A stretch of DNA of 64,000 nt from a virus (IMGVR_UViG_3300045051_000365:1-64000); one strand, 5' to 3'. Numbered from the stretch's first letter, positions 27,324 through 37,433 are shown. A program made the numbers and translations. The notes: generated from the letters alone by a model not told the origin.

Positions 27324-27674
27324 TTAGCCCTCTCCTTCTATTACGAGGCTATATAAACAATCCGAGTAGTTACTAACAAGTTCTCCACAATGGGGGCAAT
27401 CACTAGGTAGTTGCGGGAACCCATGACCGAAAGGAGCGGAAAAAGCTACGGTATCACGGGTAATGTAATCGGTACATTTTTTATGCCAAGCGCAACACCC
27501 GATCTCTTTTTTGTCGGCCATCGCGTTAAGAATTCTTGTCGCGCTAAACAATTGCCGCGGCGACAGCTTTTTCGCCTCCTCTTCTACGTTTTCTTTTTTG
27601 TAAATTAAATAGATAACACGACAGACATCGCTTCTTAGCTCGTCCTCTTCAACTGCCCTGATCGAATCTGACAT
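27324..27674 (-). CDS. Hypothetical protein with Cys motifs
   Basis: H..C...CPHC. Confidence 0.6.
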   Translation of the reverse strand: MSDSIRAVEEDELRSDVCRVIYLIYKKENVEEEAKKLSPRQLFSATRILNAMADKKEIGCCAWHKKCTDYITRDTVAFSAPFGHGFPQLPSDCPHCGELVSNYSDCLYSLVIEGEG

Positions 27675-28086
27675 AAACCTTAATCCTCCGTCCTAATTTA
27701 CTGGAAATATCTAATTGCTGACTTGTCGGGGATTCAAAAGCGTTCAATTGCCGGACGAGTCCCGATCGTCCGTTGATCACGACCCGGATATTCCCCGCGG
27801 CCCGTATCGGGAACGGGTAGTTTTTCGGGGATACAAGACGACCCTCGAAATATTCCGAGTCTAAGTACGATCCCTCCTGTACGTCCGCGTAAGGGGGCTT
27901 TTTCTGCTGAAGCCAACAGGAAAGCGCGACCTCTTCCGTCGCGTTCGTGGCGAGGATCGGGTTTCCCACTTCGTCCACGGTCATCGTCGGATCGCCGATC
28001 GCCACGGGAAACACGAGGGAGGCGTTCGCTTCTATCGTCGGGTTCGAGAGAAATTGACCGGCTATACCGATCGCCGCGTCGATCAT
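27649..28086 (-). CDS. Hypothetical protein, possibly head-closure-like
   Basis: TVDEVGNP and beta-rich pattern; probable ATG at 28086. Confidence 0.45.
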   Translation of the reverse strand: MIDAAIGIAGQFLSNPTIEANASLVFPVAIGDPTMTVDEVGNPILATNATEEVALSCWLQQKKPPYADVQEGSYLDSEYFEGRLVSPKNYPFPIRAAGNIRVVINGRSGLVRQLNAFESPTSQQLDISSKLGRRIKVYVRFDQGS

Positions 28087-28129
28087 TTTTATATCCTGAA
28101 ACTTTCTGAAATCAGTATATCTCGATTCT

Positions 28130-28159
28130 CTTGACAATTCAAGAAACTTGTTATAACTT
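28130..28159 (+). promoter_or_regulatory. CTTGACAATTCAAG operator/promoter between divergent genes
   Basis: Exact third copy of the 14-mer. Confidence 0.7.
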
Positions 28160-28184
28160 TTAAGTATGGAATCGAGAATATCCT

Positions 28185-29000
28185 ATGACAGCAACAATTC
28201 TTGACATTAAATTAACGCCTTTTCTAAAGTACACGGGCGGGAAAACCCGACTTCTCCCCGAACTGCTTCCCCGCGTTCCGGGGGGATTTACCCGCTTAAT
28301 TAGTCCTTTCTTCGGGGGCGGCGCGCTAGAGTTAGCTATCGCCCCGAAAAAAGCGATACTCGCCGACGCTAATCCCGAATTAATCAACGCCTTGCAAGTG
28401 ATTCGGGATTTCCCCTACACGCTGATCGAGTATCTATCCCATCACGCGTACAGCCCCGAATACTATCTAGATCTACGGGGCAAAAGAACGACCGATCCTG
28501 TTAAAAGAGCGTCCCGCTATATCTACCTAAGTAAGTGCGGATTTAACGGGGTACAGAGAACGAATAAAAAGGGAGAGAATAACGTCCCGTTCGGAAAACA
28601 CAAGAGTCGTCCCGATTGGGTTCAAAGAGACAAGATTCTCGCTATTTCTAGATACTTGAACAAAAACGAGATCGAGATCGCTAATTCCGATTTCGAGGCG
28701 ATTATCGATTGTTCTACGGAAGGGGATTTTCTCTATCTCGATCCCCCGTACCACGGAACCCATACCGCTTACGTCGCCGCGGGGTTCACAGAAAAAGATC
28801 AGATCCGACTTAAAGAAACGGTGAATCGGGCTAATAACCGCGGGTCTAAGTTCCTGCTATCGAGTTCCGATACGGATTTTATTCGCTCGCTCTGGCAGGA
28901 CTACAAAATCGAGGAGGTGACAGTAAGGCGATCGGTTTCCCGCGACGCGTCCACGCGGGGAGAGGTGACGGAATTGTTAATTAGTAATTATAGGATCTAG
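28185..29000 (+). CDS. dam: Dam-family N6-adenine DNA methyltransferase
   Basis: PFLKYTGGK, PFFGGG, NVPFG, YLDPPY, ELLI.NY. Confidence 0.9.
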   Translation: MTATILDIKLTPFLKYTGGKTRLLPELLPRVPGGFTRLISPFFGGGALELAIAPKKAILADANPELINALQVIRDFPYTLIEYLSHHAYSPEYYLDLRGKRTTDPVKRASRYIYLSKCGFNGVQRTNKKGENNVPFGKHKSRPDWVQRDKILAISRYLNKNEIEIANSDFEAIIDCSTEGDFLYLDPPYHGTHTAYVAAGFTEKDQIRLKETVNRANNRGSKFLLSSSDTDFIRSLWQDYKIEEVTVRRSVSRDASTRGEVTELLISNYRI

Positions 29001-29004
29001 TCTC

Positions 29005-29547
29005 ATGCCCGAACCCGTAAAACTTCCCCTAGAACAGAAATTTTTGCTGTATATCAAAGCCGAATTAATTTCACGAACAGACAATCACTTCCTTTTTAAA
29101 ATTCAACTTCCGCGCGCTATTGTTAGCGGCTTACAAAATCTCACGGGATGGAAATTTATCCGAGATTCCGATTTTACCGAGCCGATCGATATAGTTCGGG
29201 AACTAAAAGAACGGCGGTACGTTCCCGATCGCTGGCCGACTCGTGACGACCGACAGAAAGAGGTAGAAAACCCCGCGCTAATGCTGGCATTTTGGGAGCA
29301 ACAGAGTGATAAAGCGATCGAGATTTTCGACGTATTAACCCGTCACGGGGTAGCGATCGATGTCGCCCTTCCGGTCGTAGAACCCTATCTAATCGAAGAT
29401 TACATGGTTCGAGGGGCGATCTGGAACCTCGATAAAACCCCGCGGGCGATCGAGAATCCCCAATTTTATCCGCTATCCCGAGAACTCGCCGATCTTGTAG
29501 AGAAGATGGCGATCGAGTTAAAAAAAGCCGAGGTGAAAAATGGATAA
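29005..29547 (+). CDS. Degenerate ThyX-like protein
   Basis: Residue pattern resembles phage ThyX but lacks the RHRxxSxxxxSxR motif. Confidence 0.4.
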   Translation: MPEPVKLPLEQKFLLYIKAELISRTDNHFLFKIQLPRAIVSGLQNLTGWKFIRDSDFTEPIDIVRELKERRYVPDRWPTRDDRQKEVENPALMLAFWEQQSDKAIEIFDVLTRHGVAIDVALPVVEPYLIEDYMVRGAIWNLDKTPRAIENPQFYPLSRELADLVEKMAIELKKAEVKNG

Positions 29548-29770
29548 ATCGACATTGAAAAACTTGAGGTTCGCCGCGTTCGATATTCTATGGCTCGGGT
29601 TCGCTTTCGGGTTAGGCGGGAGCAACGCGCTGGCGGAGCCAGAACGCTCTCGTAACGTGGTTTACGGGTCGGAATCGATCGCTCTCTCGCTTCTACAGGT
29701 CGTTTTCGTTCTCGTTCTGTTCACGTTTCTTTTGATTTTAAAGCCCCGATGGAAGGGAGGAGATCGATGA
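29540..29770 (+). CDS. Small membrane protein
   Basis: Two hydrophobic segments; followed by a 27-aa TM ORF at 29767-29850. Confidence 0.55.
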   Translation: MDKSTLKNLRFAAFDILWLGFAFGLGGSNALAEPERSRNVVYGSESIALSLLQVVFVLVLFTFLLILKPRWKGGDR

Positions 29771-29852
29771 TTTATTTACCTCTTTCTATCGGGGCGATCG
29801 CCTACGTCCTCCTACTGTTTACGCTTCTTTTTCTATTGCAGAGACGATAATC

Positions 29853-30194
29853 ATGCCGAAGCCAGCCGACAACACTTTGAGTATAAATCGATACCTCGGG
29901 AACCCCTGCCTACACGAACACCTATACGAGGATACGGGGAAAAGTCTAAGACGTAACAATGACGGGGCTTGTGTTATTTGTAGTCGGGAAAGAAATAGAA
30001 AATGGAAAGAAAAAAATCCGAACAGGAAAAACTACTACAATCCCGAACTTGTGGCGAATTTCCCGATCGTTATCAGCCGAAAACAGAAAGAACTGTTTAA
30101 AGCTAATTGTGACAGATTAGGACTAAAACAGACAAGGGTTGTCCGAGAATTAATTCGACAGTGGAACGAGGAACAAAGAAACAGCAAGTCATGA
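29853..30194 (+). CDS. Zn-binding (C..H...CxxC) protein with RHH-like C-terminus
   Basis: YLGNPCLHEH...SLR....ACVIC; paralogous to 31865-32137. Confidence 0.6.
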   Translation: MPKPADNTLSINRYLGNPCLHEHLYEDTGKSLRRNNDGACVICSRERNRKWKEKNPNRKNYYNPELVANFPIVISRKQKELFKANCDRLGLKQTRVVRELIRQWNEEQRNSKS

Positions 30195-30460
30195 AAATCT
30201 CAAACAGAATGATCGACAAAGAAGAGGAAAGAATCCGCGGCAATTACGAACAGTGGAAAAAGCCGTTATTAGAAGGCAAAATCTATGTTCCCTGTTGCGA
30301 GAAGATCGACAGAAAGGGAATGAAAATCATTCTCTTAAAATACAACCTTGTAGACTACAAAATTCCCCCGCCCGAACACGGGTACATCGAACGCCGAAAG
30401 GCGATCGAGTACAACGGGGAAAGGATAATCGTTAACTTTTTTGAAGCTGTAAAATTATGA
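30191..30460 (+). CDS. Hypothetical protein
   Basis: ATGA-coupled. Confidence 0.55.
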   Translation: MKISNRMIDKEEERIRGNYEQWKKPLLEGKIYVPCCEKIDRKGMKIILLKYNLVDYKIPPPEHGYIERRKAIEYNGERIIVNFFEAVKL

Positions 30461-31212
30461 CATCTACCAAAGAATTGCCACCTATCTTTCAAGGTTTTGT
30501 CGGGGAAATCAACGAGTGTTTCGAGGGAATCCGACAGATTAACAATCGATTGCGCCACGTTCTGCATGAATTCGAGGGAAACGGCGGATACCTCGCGATC
30601 GGGTACAAAACTTTTCGGGGATTCTCAAACGCGTATCTATCGCCCTATATGTTCCGGCGCGTCAAGGAAGAGAATTCGGCCCGGATGATCGAGATGATTA
30701 TATCTGTACCGATCGGGACGTACTCCTATAAGGCACTCGCCCCGCTATTGAACCGGGAACGCGTGATCGTCCTCGCCACGAAAGAGGCGCACGATAACGC
30801 GTCCGAAGTAGGACTCGCCTGTAATCTCGAACGGGCCGGGGAAATCCGATCGCTCTGGCAGAAAATCACGGCCGAGGCGGGAACCGATACCCCGACCCCG
30901 GCACAGATCAAATCTATAGCGAACCGCGTCGGTATCCGAAAACCCGATCCCGTCAAGTCCGATCTCCCGAAAGATGAATACCGGGAACTACTAGAGAAGT
31001 ACAACGTACTACAAGCCGAGAACCACGGGCTAAAACGACAGATCGAGAGACTTAAACCCGCGAGTTTAACGGAGAATATCATCGCCCGCCAGAGACAAGA
31101 GATCGAGAGATTAAAAGACGAGAAAGCGAGATTAGAGCGGAAAAATCAGGAATTAGTAAACAGCCTTCCGTTCGATCGACAACTCGCCGCGTCAGTATAT
31201 CAAGGAGAATAA
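30457..31212 (+). CDS. Hypothetical coiled-coil protein
   Basis: 251-aa coupled ORF. Confidence 0.7.
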   Translation: MTSTKELPPIFQGFVGEINECFEGIRQINNRLRHVLHEFEGNGGYLAIGYKTFRGFSNAYLSPYMFRRVKEENSARMIEMIISVPIGTYSYKALAPLLNRERVIVLATKEAHDNASEVGLACNLERAGEIRSLWQKITAEAGTDTPTPAQIKSIANRVGIRKPDPVKSDLPKDEYRELLEKYNVLQAENHGLKRQIERLKPASLTENIIARQRQEIERLKDEKARLERKNQELVNSLPFDRQLAASVYQGE

Positions 31213-31522
31213 TGACAGTAGAACATAGAAAAAGCGCGGAATGGCTAGAAGCCTACGGGAACACCCTATCCCCCTCGGGGAAAAGGTTTCCTACGTTATC
31301 GGGGAACTTTTTGACGGCATTTACCATCGGGGAAGTGCCGTATTACACGAGCGCGTCAAGTGGCAGAACGATCGAACGATCGAGATCGTTCTGCCAGATA
31401 TATTTTGTACCGGGCGACTCAAGAAACTCATAGAACTATCCGAGTCCGCGGGTATCGATCTCGCAATATCGGGCGCGTCGCCTAACTATCTCCGAATTAA
31501 ATTTTGGGAGAGAGAAATATAA
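31212..31522 (+). pseudogene. Phage protein split by a 1-nt frameshift in a C run (31270-31274)
   Basis: AAGGAG RBS and start MTVEHRK...NTLSP; adding one C joins it to LGEKVSYVIGELFDGIYH...FWEREI. Confidence 0.55.
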
Positions 31523-31544
31523 TTAACTACAAACATACTACAAA

Positions 31545-31868
31545 ATGAAAAGAATCTTGGAACTTCTATCGACAGGGCTATCTTTCGCCCTATTAATTAG
31601 CTCTCTGCCGTTCCTCGCGCTTTTCTGGATCGGACACGGGATCGTCGCGTTATCGGCTTTTATTCTGGAAGAGATCCTAGAGATAGCGACGGATCTACTG
31701 CCGAAGTACGATCGCCCGAGGAAACAGAAACTCACGAAAGATCCCGAGATCGAGAAAATGCTTTCCTGTAAATATTATTTCGAGGATCATTTACCGGGGG
31801 CAACTATCAAGTGCGCCGTTAATCCCTGTAGCTCGTGTCTCGATTGCACGACGGGAGAAAAACCATGA
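31545..31868 (+). CDS. Membrane-anchored protein with C-terminal Cys cluster
   Basis: Hydrophobic N-terminus; CKY...KCAVNP...C.DC. Confidence 0.65.
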   Translation: MKRILELLSTGLSFALLISSLPFLALFWIGHGIVALSAFILEEILEIATDLLPKYDRPRKQKLTKDPEIEKMLSCKYYFEDHLPGATIKCAVNPCSSCLDCTTGEKP

Positions 31869-32137
31869 ACGAATTAGAACCGATCGCCGGGGTTTATTAT
31901 CTCGGGAGACTATGCAAGCGCGGCCACGAGTGGAGAGATTCGGGGCGATCGCTCCGAAGACAATCCTGCCACGGGTGTATCGAGTGCAACAGGAAACAGG
32001 CGAGAGAGTACCGAAAAACCCCGAGGGGAGAGGAGATACAGAAGCGGGCGATCGTCGCGTTCGTCTCCCGTAATCCTGACTACTATCGGACGTACTGTAA
32101 ATCCTATTACTGGCGTAAAATTAAAGCAGAGAATTAG
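31865..32137 (+). CDS. Zn-binding (CKRGH...CxxC) protein
   Basis: YLGRLCKRGH...SLR....GCIEC. Confidence 0.65.
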   Translation: MNELEPIAGVYYLGRLCKRGHEWRDSGRSLRRQSCHGCIECNRKQAREYRKTPRGEEIQKRAIVAFVSRNPDYYRTYCKSYYWRKIKAEN

Positions 32138-32160
32138 ATTTTCATCACTCCATTTGACCG

Positions 32161-32188
32161 AAATCCCCCGAGCGCTCGGGGGATTTTT
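32161..32188. terminator. Intrinsic terminator between converging operons
   Basis: AAATCCCCCGAGC/GCTCGGGGGATTT plus T tract. Confidence 0.75.
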
Positions 32189-32281
32189 GTAGGTACACGA
32201 CAAAACCCCGCTTTCCCGAAAACTATAAAACGGGAAAACGGGGTCTGTAGGAATCGATCGGCAAGTTAGCCGGAGGTTTGA

Positions 32282-33073
32282 CTATTCTAGCGCGGGGCGG
32301 GATGTTTCGGGCAAGAGTTCACGATCCGCGAATCGGGGAGAGCGGGGGGCGAGAGGATTAAAACGAAAATACCCGATTACCGGTTCCTTGAAAAAATATT
32401 CGTGCCAACAATCCCCGAAAGTATATTCCCTGATTATTGTCGCGCGGCTCCAACCGCGTCCGTGTCCCCGAAAATGCAGACATATCGCCGGTATCAATTC
32501 TGACGCGACGATAACCGCCTCTTCGGGAGTTACCCTACGCTTTCCGAAAATCTCGCACAGTTTAATAGTCAATTCGATTTCCTGTCTCGCTAGACTTCCG
32601 GGGCGTTCGCCGGGGATCGGGGATTTTTCACCCGCGGGAATTCCGAGCGGGTATTTGTCGATCGGCCAATCCTCGGGTAGCCCGGCCGCGGCTAGTTGTT
32701 CTGAAGTAGTTAAGGGTTTTTCTATCCCGATCTTCGTCTCTCCCGTAGACATGAGGGTGAAGATATGGCGATCGCACCATATAGCAAAACCGGGAGAGAT
32801 CCATCGAGCGCAATTAATAGCAAGAGTCGGATGCGCCCAAGTTCCTCCCTCGATTCCCTCTTTGGTATCGATCGCCGATCGATAAACTCCCTCAGATCTG
32901 AGGGAGTTATCTAAAACCCTTACATAGTCTTGAGTTGATTTGAGTCTCAAAAAATTATCAACACGTTTCCCCCCGGCCGCACACATACTTGTCAGGTCAA
33001 TATACCCATCGGATTGACGGCGATTGATAATTTTGCCGTCATAGTCAAACCCGAAAACTGCTAAACTAGACAT
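32282..33073 (-). CDS. KilA-N domain protein
   Basis: DGYIDLTSMC...FLRLKST...GTWAHP.LAI..ARWISP.FAIW. Confidence 0.9.
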   Translation of the reverse strand: MSSLAVFGFDYDGKIINRRQSDGYIDLTSMCAAGGKRVDNFLRLKSTQDYVRVLDNSLRSEGVYRSAIDTKEGIEGGTWAHPTLAINCARWISPGFAIWCDRHIFTLMSTGETKIGIEKPLTTSEQLAAAGLPEDWPIDKYPLGIPAGEKSPIPGERPGSLARQEIELTIKLCEIFGKRRVTPEEAVIVASELIPAICLHFRGHGRGWSRATIIREYTFGDCWHEYFFKEPVIGYFRFNPLAPRSPRFADRELLPETSRPALE

Positions 33074-33167
33074 AAGAATATTTTCTCTGGAAGGCTAGAC
33101 AACTTCCATCATAGCACCCCGCCAGATCCCCGAATCTAGGCGGGGTCTCTGTTTTGGGCGTTTCAGT

Positions 33168-33845
33168 CTGTTAGGGGCGTTGGACGATGTTAAGAAACTG
33201 ATAACATCTCCGAACCCTCTCACCGCAAGCTTTTCGACGAAATGTTATGAATGTTCGCCCGATCTAGGAAAAAAGTAGGGACGGGAAAAAGCGGGGCGTG
33301 TTACATAAGTAGTATTTGTAATACATCGGACTCTACTATAGCGATCGCCGCGGGGGAGTTTACAAAACTTCACAATAAGACATCCCCGATCGGGTGTTGC
33401 GATGTCATGGGATGTTAGAGGGGTTCATAACACCCTGCAATTCTTTCCCCGTCTAGCTTGTAGAGATTTGTTATGAATGTTATGGCGATCTAGGGAAAAA
33501 GAGAGAGAGGGGATCGGGTAGAGCGGGGTCAACAGTGGAAACGTAGGGAATACGATCCGAGGATCGAGGTATAGGGAAAGTGATTAACATCAATAACAAA
33601 TTGATGAACTCTATATATATCAATACTTTTTCCCTGTTATAACAAACTCTAACGTCCCCTAACATCGATAACGTGGTTCCCCCGTACTATCCCCGTGATG
33701 GAGTGGCGAGGTCGTGAGGGAGAGATCGGGGGAAGATCGCTATACGGGAAAACGACATAACACACTAACAAAAAGTTAAAACTCTTTCTCTATCTATCTT
33801 TTCCCTGTTATAGACTCCCTAACATCTCCCTAACGTCCCTAACAT
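33168..33845. repeat. Cluster A: four TGTTA-N9/10-TAACA-N35/36-TGTTA-N3/4-TGTT elements (two forward, two reverse)
   Basis: Units at 33188-33256 (+), 33413-33482 (+), 33585-33654 (-), 33758-33824 (-). Confidence 0.85.
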
Positions 33846-34146
33846 TTCCCCGTACCTCGCTCTATACCGGAATCAGCCGATCGGGTCTTCCCTCTAAAGA
33901 CCGATCTCGTGATAATAGAGGGGTAATTCATTGGAGGTAGAGTTTCCGAGAGATTGACAGAGTACGCGTGAAATTGAATTCTCTTCTTGTTCCTCGGGGG
34001 ATCGACCGACCCCCCGATTTGTTTATCCTCTCTACCTCGCTAAAAATCCCCCTAGAACGCTCTCTAGGGGGATGGATAGGGAATAAGTTGTCTAGTGGAT
34101 TCGGGACACTCTGACGCGTTCTAAAGTCCCGATCGTCCGATCGCTA

Positions 34147-34884
34147 TTAACGGGCGGTACGGTAGGTATTTACTTCCGGTATTAAATTTCGGAGGATAGC
34201 GGAATTAATTCGGATCGGCTTGCCGTCATCGGTTATTAGAACCCATCGCTGAAACCGTTGATGTAAAATCCGAATATCGGGAATCCGCTTGTGATCTCGC
34301 TCGTATTTGTCCATGTACTCGGCGATCGCGTCGATCAGCTTCGCTCGCTGAATAGCGTTAGCCGAATTGGAGTTGTACGCGCTGGCCGTAGGGATTGACG
34401 AGAATTGAGAGATCGATTCGCTCGGTTGTTTCGAGTCCAACGCGAAACGCTCTCGCTCTACATCGGTTTTCGTGGTTTCTAGCCGGAGTTTCGCTATCTC
34501 TAGCTCTATCTTTGCGTTTTCTAGTTCGATCTTCAGTTTTTCGGTTTCCGACAATTCCTGTCGCTGTCCGTATTCCCCGGTTTTCCGGATCGAGGGGAGG
34601 ACTTCCTCGAAAACCCAATCTTGGAACTTTTCCGCGGACGGTAACTTGGAAGAAAAAATTAGTTGATAGATACCGGGTTCCTCTAGAACCGTTATATCAC
34701 GGAGCTTTCCGTCAAGTGTCTGGGTTTTACAGACACTTTTGTTTTTCTCTTTAACAAGTCGGTAAACAGCATCGGCGGGATCTTTATATCCCAACACGCG
34801 AGCTACATCGTTAGCGACGGGGCGATCGCCGACAAAACGGATCTCTTCGTCTTGAAACTGAAACAGTACAATATTGTTAGCCAT
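34147..34884 (-). CDS. Bro-N domain protein (antirepressor-like)
   Basis: VANDVARVLGY, EPGIYQLIFSSKLP.AEKFQDWVFEEVLPSIRKTG.Y. Confidence 0.92.
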   Translation of the reverse strand: MANNIVLFQFQDEEIRFVGDRPVANDVARVLGYKDPADAVYRLVKEKNKSVCKTQTLDGKLRDITVLEEPGIYQLIFSSKLPSAEKFQDWVFEEVLPSIRKTGEYGQRQELSETEKLKIELENAKIELEIAKLRLETTKTDVERERFALDSKQPSESISQFSSIPTASAYNSNSANAIQRAKLIDAIAEYMDKYERDHKRIPDIRILHQRFQRWVLITDDGKPIRINSAILRNLIPEVNTYRTAR

Positions 34885-34962
34885 TTTGACCTCTGTAGTA
34901 GGTTGACTTGGTGAGTCCCCCGCGGTTACGGGGGCATTTTATTATATTCCGAAAGTTTCTAT

Positions 34963-36546
34963 CTATCTCCCGTATCCCCTCGGCAATCCGCCCCTAAACT
35001 CGTTCACGGGGGTAGAGGATACAATCGGGGTCGCGGACTCCTCAGATCCCCCGAAAAATTCATTTTCAAGCGAGTAGAACGCGCCGGATAGAGAATCGAC
35101 AATATCGTTTACCGGCGGCGGTTTCTTGTTCCCGTCAAAACTCTGACACGCGTTCAAGAAACGGGTATTCCAGACAGCATCGCGGAGTAGATAGATCTGC
35201 CCTCTACTGGCCGCCGTGGCCGCGGGTATCGATCGGGTGAGTTTATCCCCTTGCGGTTTGATCGCCGCTACATCGTGATTCGGGTGATACTCGCGTATTA
35301 CATTGGTGATCGTGTTTTCCACGAATTTGCCGCTCGATCCGCCCTCCTCTTCCCACCGAACCGCGACGCTCTTGCCGTCTATCCCCGCGGTATTTTTCAA
35401 CATCAATTCAACCTCGCCGACTTTCTTCTGCTCGCATAGGTTATCGGCGACCACGTACACGAATTCCCGTACCTCTTTCCCGTCCGATAGTACGGACTTG
35501 ATACGCTCGTATTTATAGACGAGGGTTCCGGACGTGTAGCAGTGATAATCCTCCGCGTTCTCTTTCGCCGTGGCCGCCAGATCCCAAAAGCGAACTTTCC
35601 CGAGTAATTTCCAGTCCGCGGGGATATTATCGATAACGTGAAACCACGTCCGATCGAAGACGGAACCGTTTTCATACTTAATCTTCCAGTTGCCGTATAA
35701 AAGGCGTTCTCTCTCTACCGGGTGCAACGCTTCAAGGTTCGCGATATATTCGGGGTTAGTCTTTAGAAAAATCGGATTATCGTAGATCGTCGCGTTGATA
35801 AAGGTAAAGCTTTTCGGGCTAGACTTCGGGAATCGCGCGATCAGTTCGTCCTCGGTATCGCCCCAGACTAAAGACCCCCCCGATCGCACGAAGTAACGGA
35901 TTACCCCGCAACGATCCTCGATCGGGTATCCCGTTCTAGGGTCGATCCACCAATCGATCATTCCCGCGACCCACGAATCAGCGTCCGGGTTCATTGTTGC
36001 CCTAACTTTCGGCTTAATTCCTGACATCGATCGGTTACGGGATAGCAAATACCAGAACGCCTCGCCGTCATCGTCCCAATGAGTTAACTCATCCCAACAG
36101 ATTAAATTTACCTGCGCTCCCTGCCAAGCGAAAATATCTTTCCGATGCTGTAGATACCGGAAAGATATTTTCGCTCCCGATGGAAATTTCCAGTCGAACG
36201 GCTTTGTAATTAATTTTCCTCCTAGATCTCGGTAGATTAATTGTGATTCATCTGCTAGACCACCGGGGTTTGTTATCTGACTATAGGATATTCGGAAGAT
36301 CACCGCGTTAAAAAGCGGGTTATAGATAAACTCTTTTCGAGCGCAATAGGCGAGAAGATTTCTTGATTTTCCGGAGCCGGCCGCACCGCCGAAAAATACT
36401 ATATCCGCATCGGAATTAAAGAATATAGTTTGTTTTCCGGGTTGTGGCTCGGGATACCTGTAATCCGTCCTAGTCGAAAAGCGAGAGCTGTTTTCCTGTA
36501 CGCGATATAGGTTTTTGGGGCTGATTTTTTGTCTGTTTTTTAGCAT
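34963..36546 (-). CDS. terL: Terminase large subunit
   Basis: PQPGKQ, GGAAGSGKS, ICWDE, ATMNP, RFWDLAA, NDIVDSLSGA. Confidence 0.92.
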   Translation of the reverse strand: MLKNRQKISPKNLYRVQENSSRFSTRTDYRYPEPQPGKQTIFFNSDADIVFFGGAAGSGKSRNLLAYCARKEFIYNPLFNAVIFRISYSQITNPGGLADESQLIYRDLGGKLITKPFDWKFPSGAKISFRYLQHRKDIFAWQGAQVNLICWDELTHWDDDGEAFWYLLSRNRSMSGIKPKVRATMNPDADSWVAGMIDWWIDPRTGYPIEDRCGVIRYFVRSGGSLVWGDTEDELIARFPKSSPKSFTFINATIYDNPIFLKTNPEYIANLEALHPVERERLLYGNWKIKYENGSVFDRTWFHVIDNIPADWKLLGKVRFWDLAATAKENAEDYHCYTSGTLVYKYERIKSVLSDGKEVREFVYVVADNLCEQKKVGEVELMLKNTAGIDGKSVAVRWEEEGGSSGKFVENTITNVIREYHPNHDVAAIKPQGDKLTRSIPAATAASRGQIYLLRDAVWNTRFLNACQSFDGNKKPPPVNDIVDSLSGAFYSLENEFFGGSEESATPIVSSTPVNEFRGGLPRGYGR

Positions 36547-37282
36547 TGAACGTTAGCGATCGGGTTATTTTTGCTTTCTCTAGAACTTCTGGCTCGTGCA
36601 TCGCTTTAATAGCGTTCCAACAAACCTCGCCTTTTTTTCTTTTCCCATTATTCCCCGTTCTTTCGGCATAAGATGCAATTCCCCGTTCCCGCCTCGCTCT
36701 AGCGATCGTTCTTTTGCTTAAGCCAAATCTTTCCCCGATCTTATAATCTGGTTCGGTTCCGAGAAGATCGATAATTTCCTGACTCAATTCTATTTTATTC
36801 CATCCTCCCATCGGGGGCGGGATAGGTTTTTTTAGATTGCCACAAGGCGAAATTCCTCGGATCGTTCGCTGGTAGTTTACAGTTTTTGTCGAACATCCGA
36901 GTTTTTTCGCTAGTTTATTATCTGGCATTGTGCCTAGTAGATACTCGTATTCTTCCCATTCTAGGCTCGCGTTGTTTCCCGATCCCCCGTGTCCCGCGCT
37001 ACCCGTATTAGTCAGATCGAAATATTTCCCGTACTCGATCATCCATCGCTTTTCCGTCTCGATCGCTTTTTCTTTTTCTACCGCATCGATTTCGATAATT
37101 ATCGGACGATACCCTTTTTCCAGAATTTCTTTAATTTTTAATGCCTTTCGAGTATTTTTCTTTTTTCCGTCTCGAATATGATTATTCAGGCGATGCGTTA
37201 GTCTCATCGTGGTTCTACCCACGTAGAACGGGATACACTCGATCGGATCGATTAATATGTAAATTCGTGTTAAACTCTGCAT
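36470..37282 (-). CDS. Free-standing GIY-YIG homing endonuclease
   Basis: RIYILIDP...FYVGRT...RL..H, E..W, LTN; repeated LLGT.PD..A helical motifs. Confidence 0.8.
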   Translation of the reverse strand: MQSLTRIYILIDPIECIPFYVGRTTMRLTHRLNNHIRDGKKKNTRKALKIKEILEKGYRPIIIEIDAVEKEKAIETEKRWMIEYGKYFDLTNTGSAGHGGSGNNASLEWEEYEYLLGTMPDNKLAKKLGCSTKTVNYQRTIRGISPCGNLKKPIPPPMGGWNKIELSQEIIDLLGTEPDYKIGERFGLSKRTIARARRERGIASYAERTGNNGKRKKGEVCWNAIKAMHEPEVLEKAKITRSLTFNAKKQTKNQPQKPISRTGKQLSLFD

Positions 37283-37433
37283 GGTTGACCTACTCCCATA
37301 GGTTAACAAACAAACCGATGAGATCGTCACATCTCATCGGTTTAATTATAATTCAATTTCGGCGATAATTCTCGGTATTCGATTTGATCTTCGATCGGTT
37401 CTTAATCGACGCGCCGTTACGGATTATCACGAT

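Noticed and set aside
33168-33845. CRISPR array (36-nt variable spacers)
   Set aside because: The conserved parts are 5-mers, not 25-40 nt direct repeats; units are inverted and dispersed; no cas genes.
34963-37282. Group I intron in terL carrying the GIY-YIG gene
   Set aside because: TerL is continuous with all motifs; the endonuclease is upstream and free-standing.
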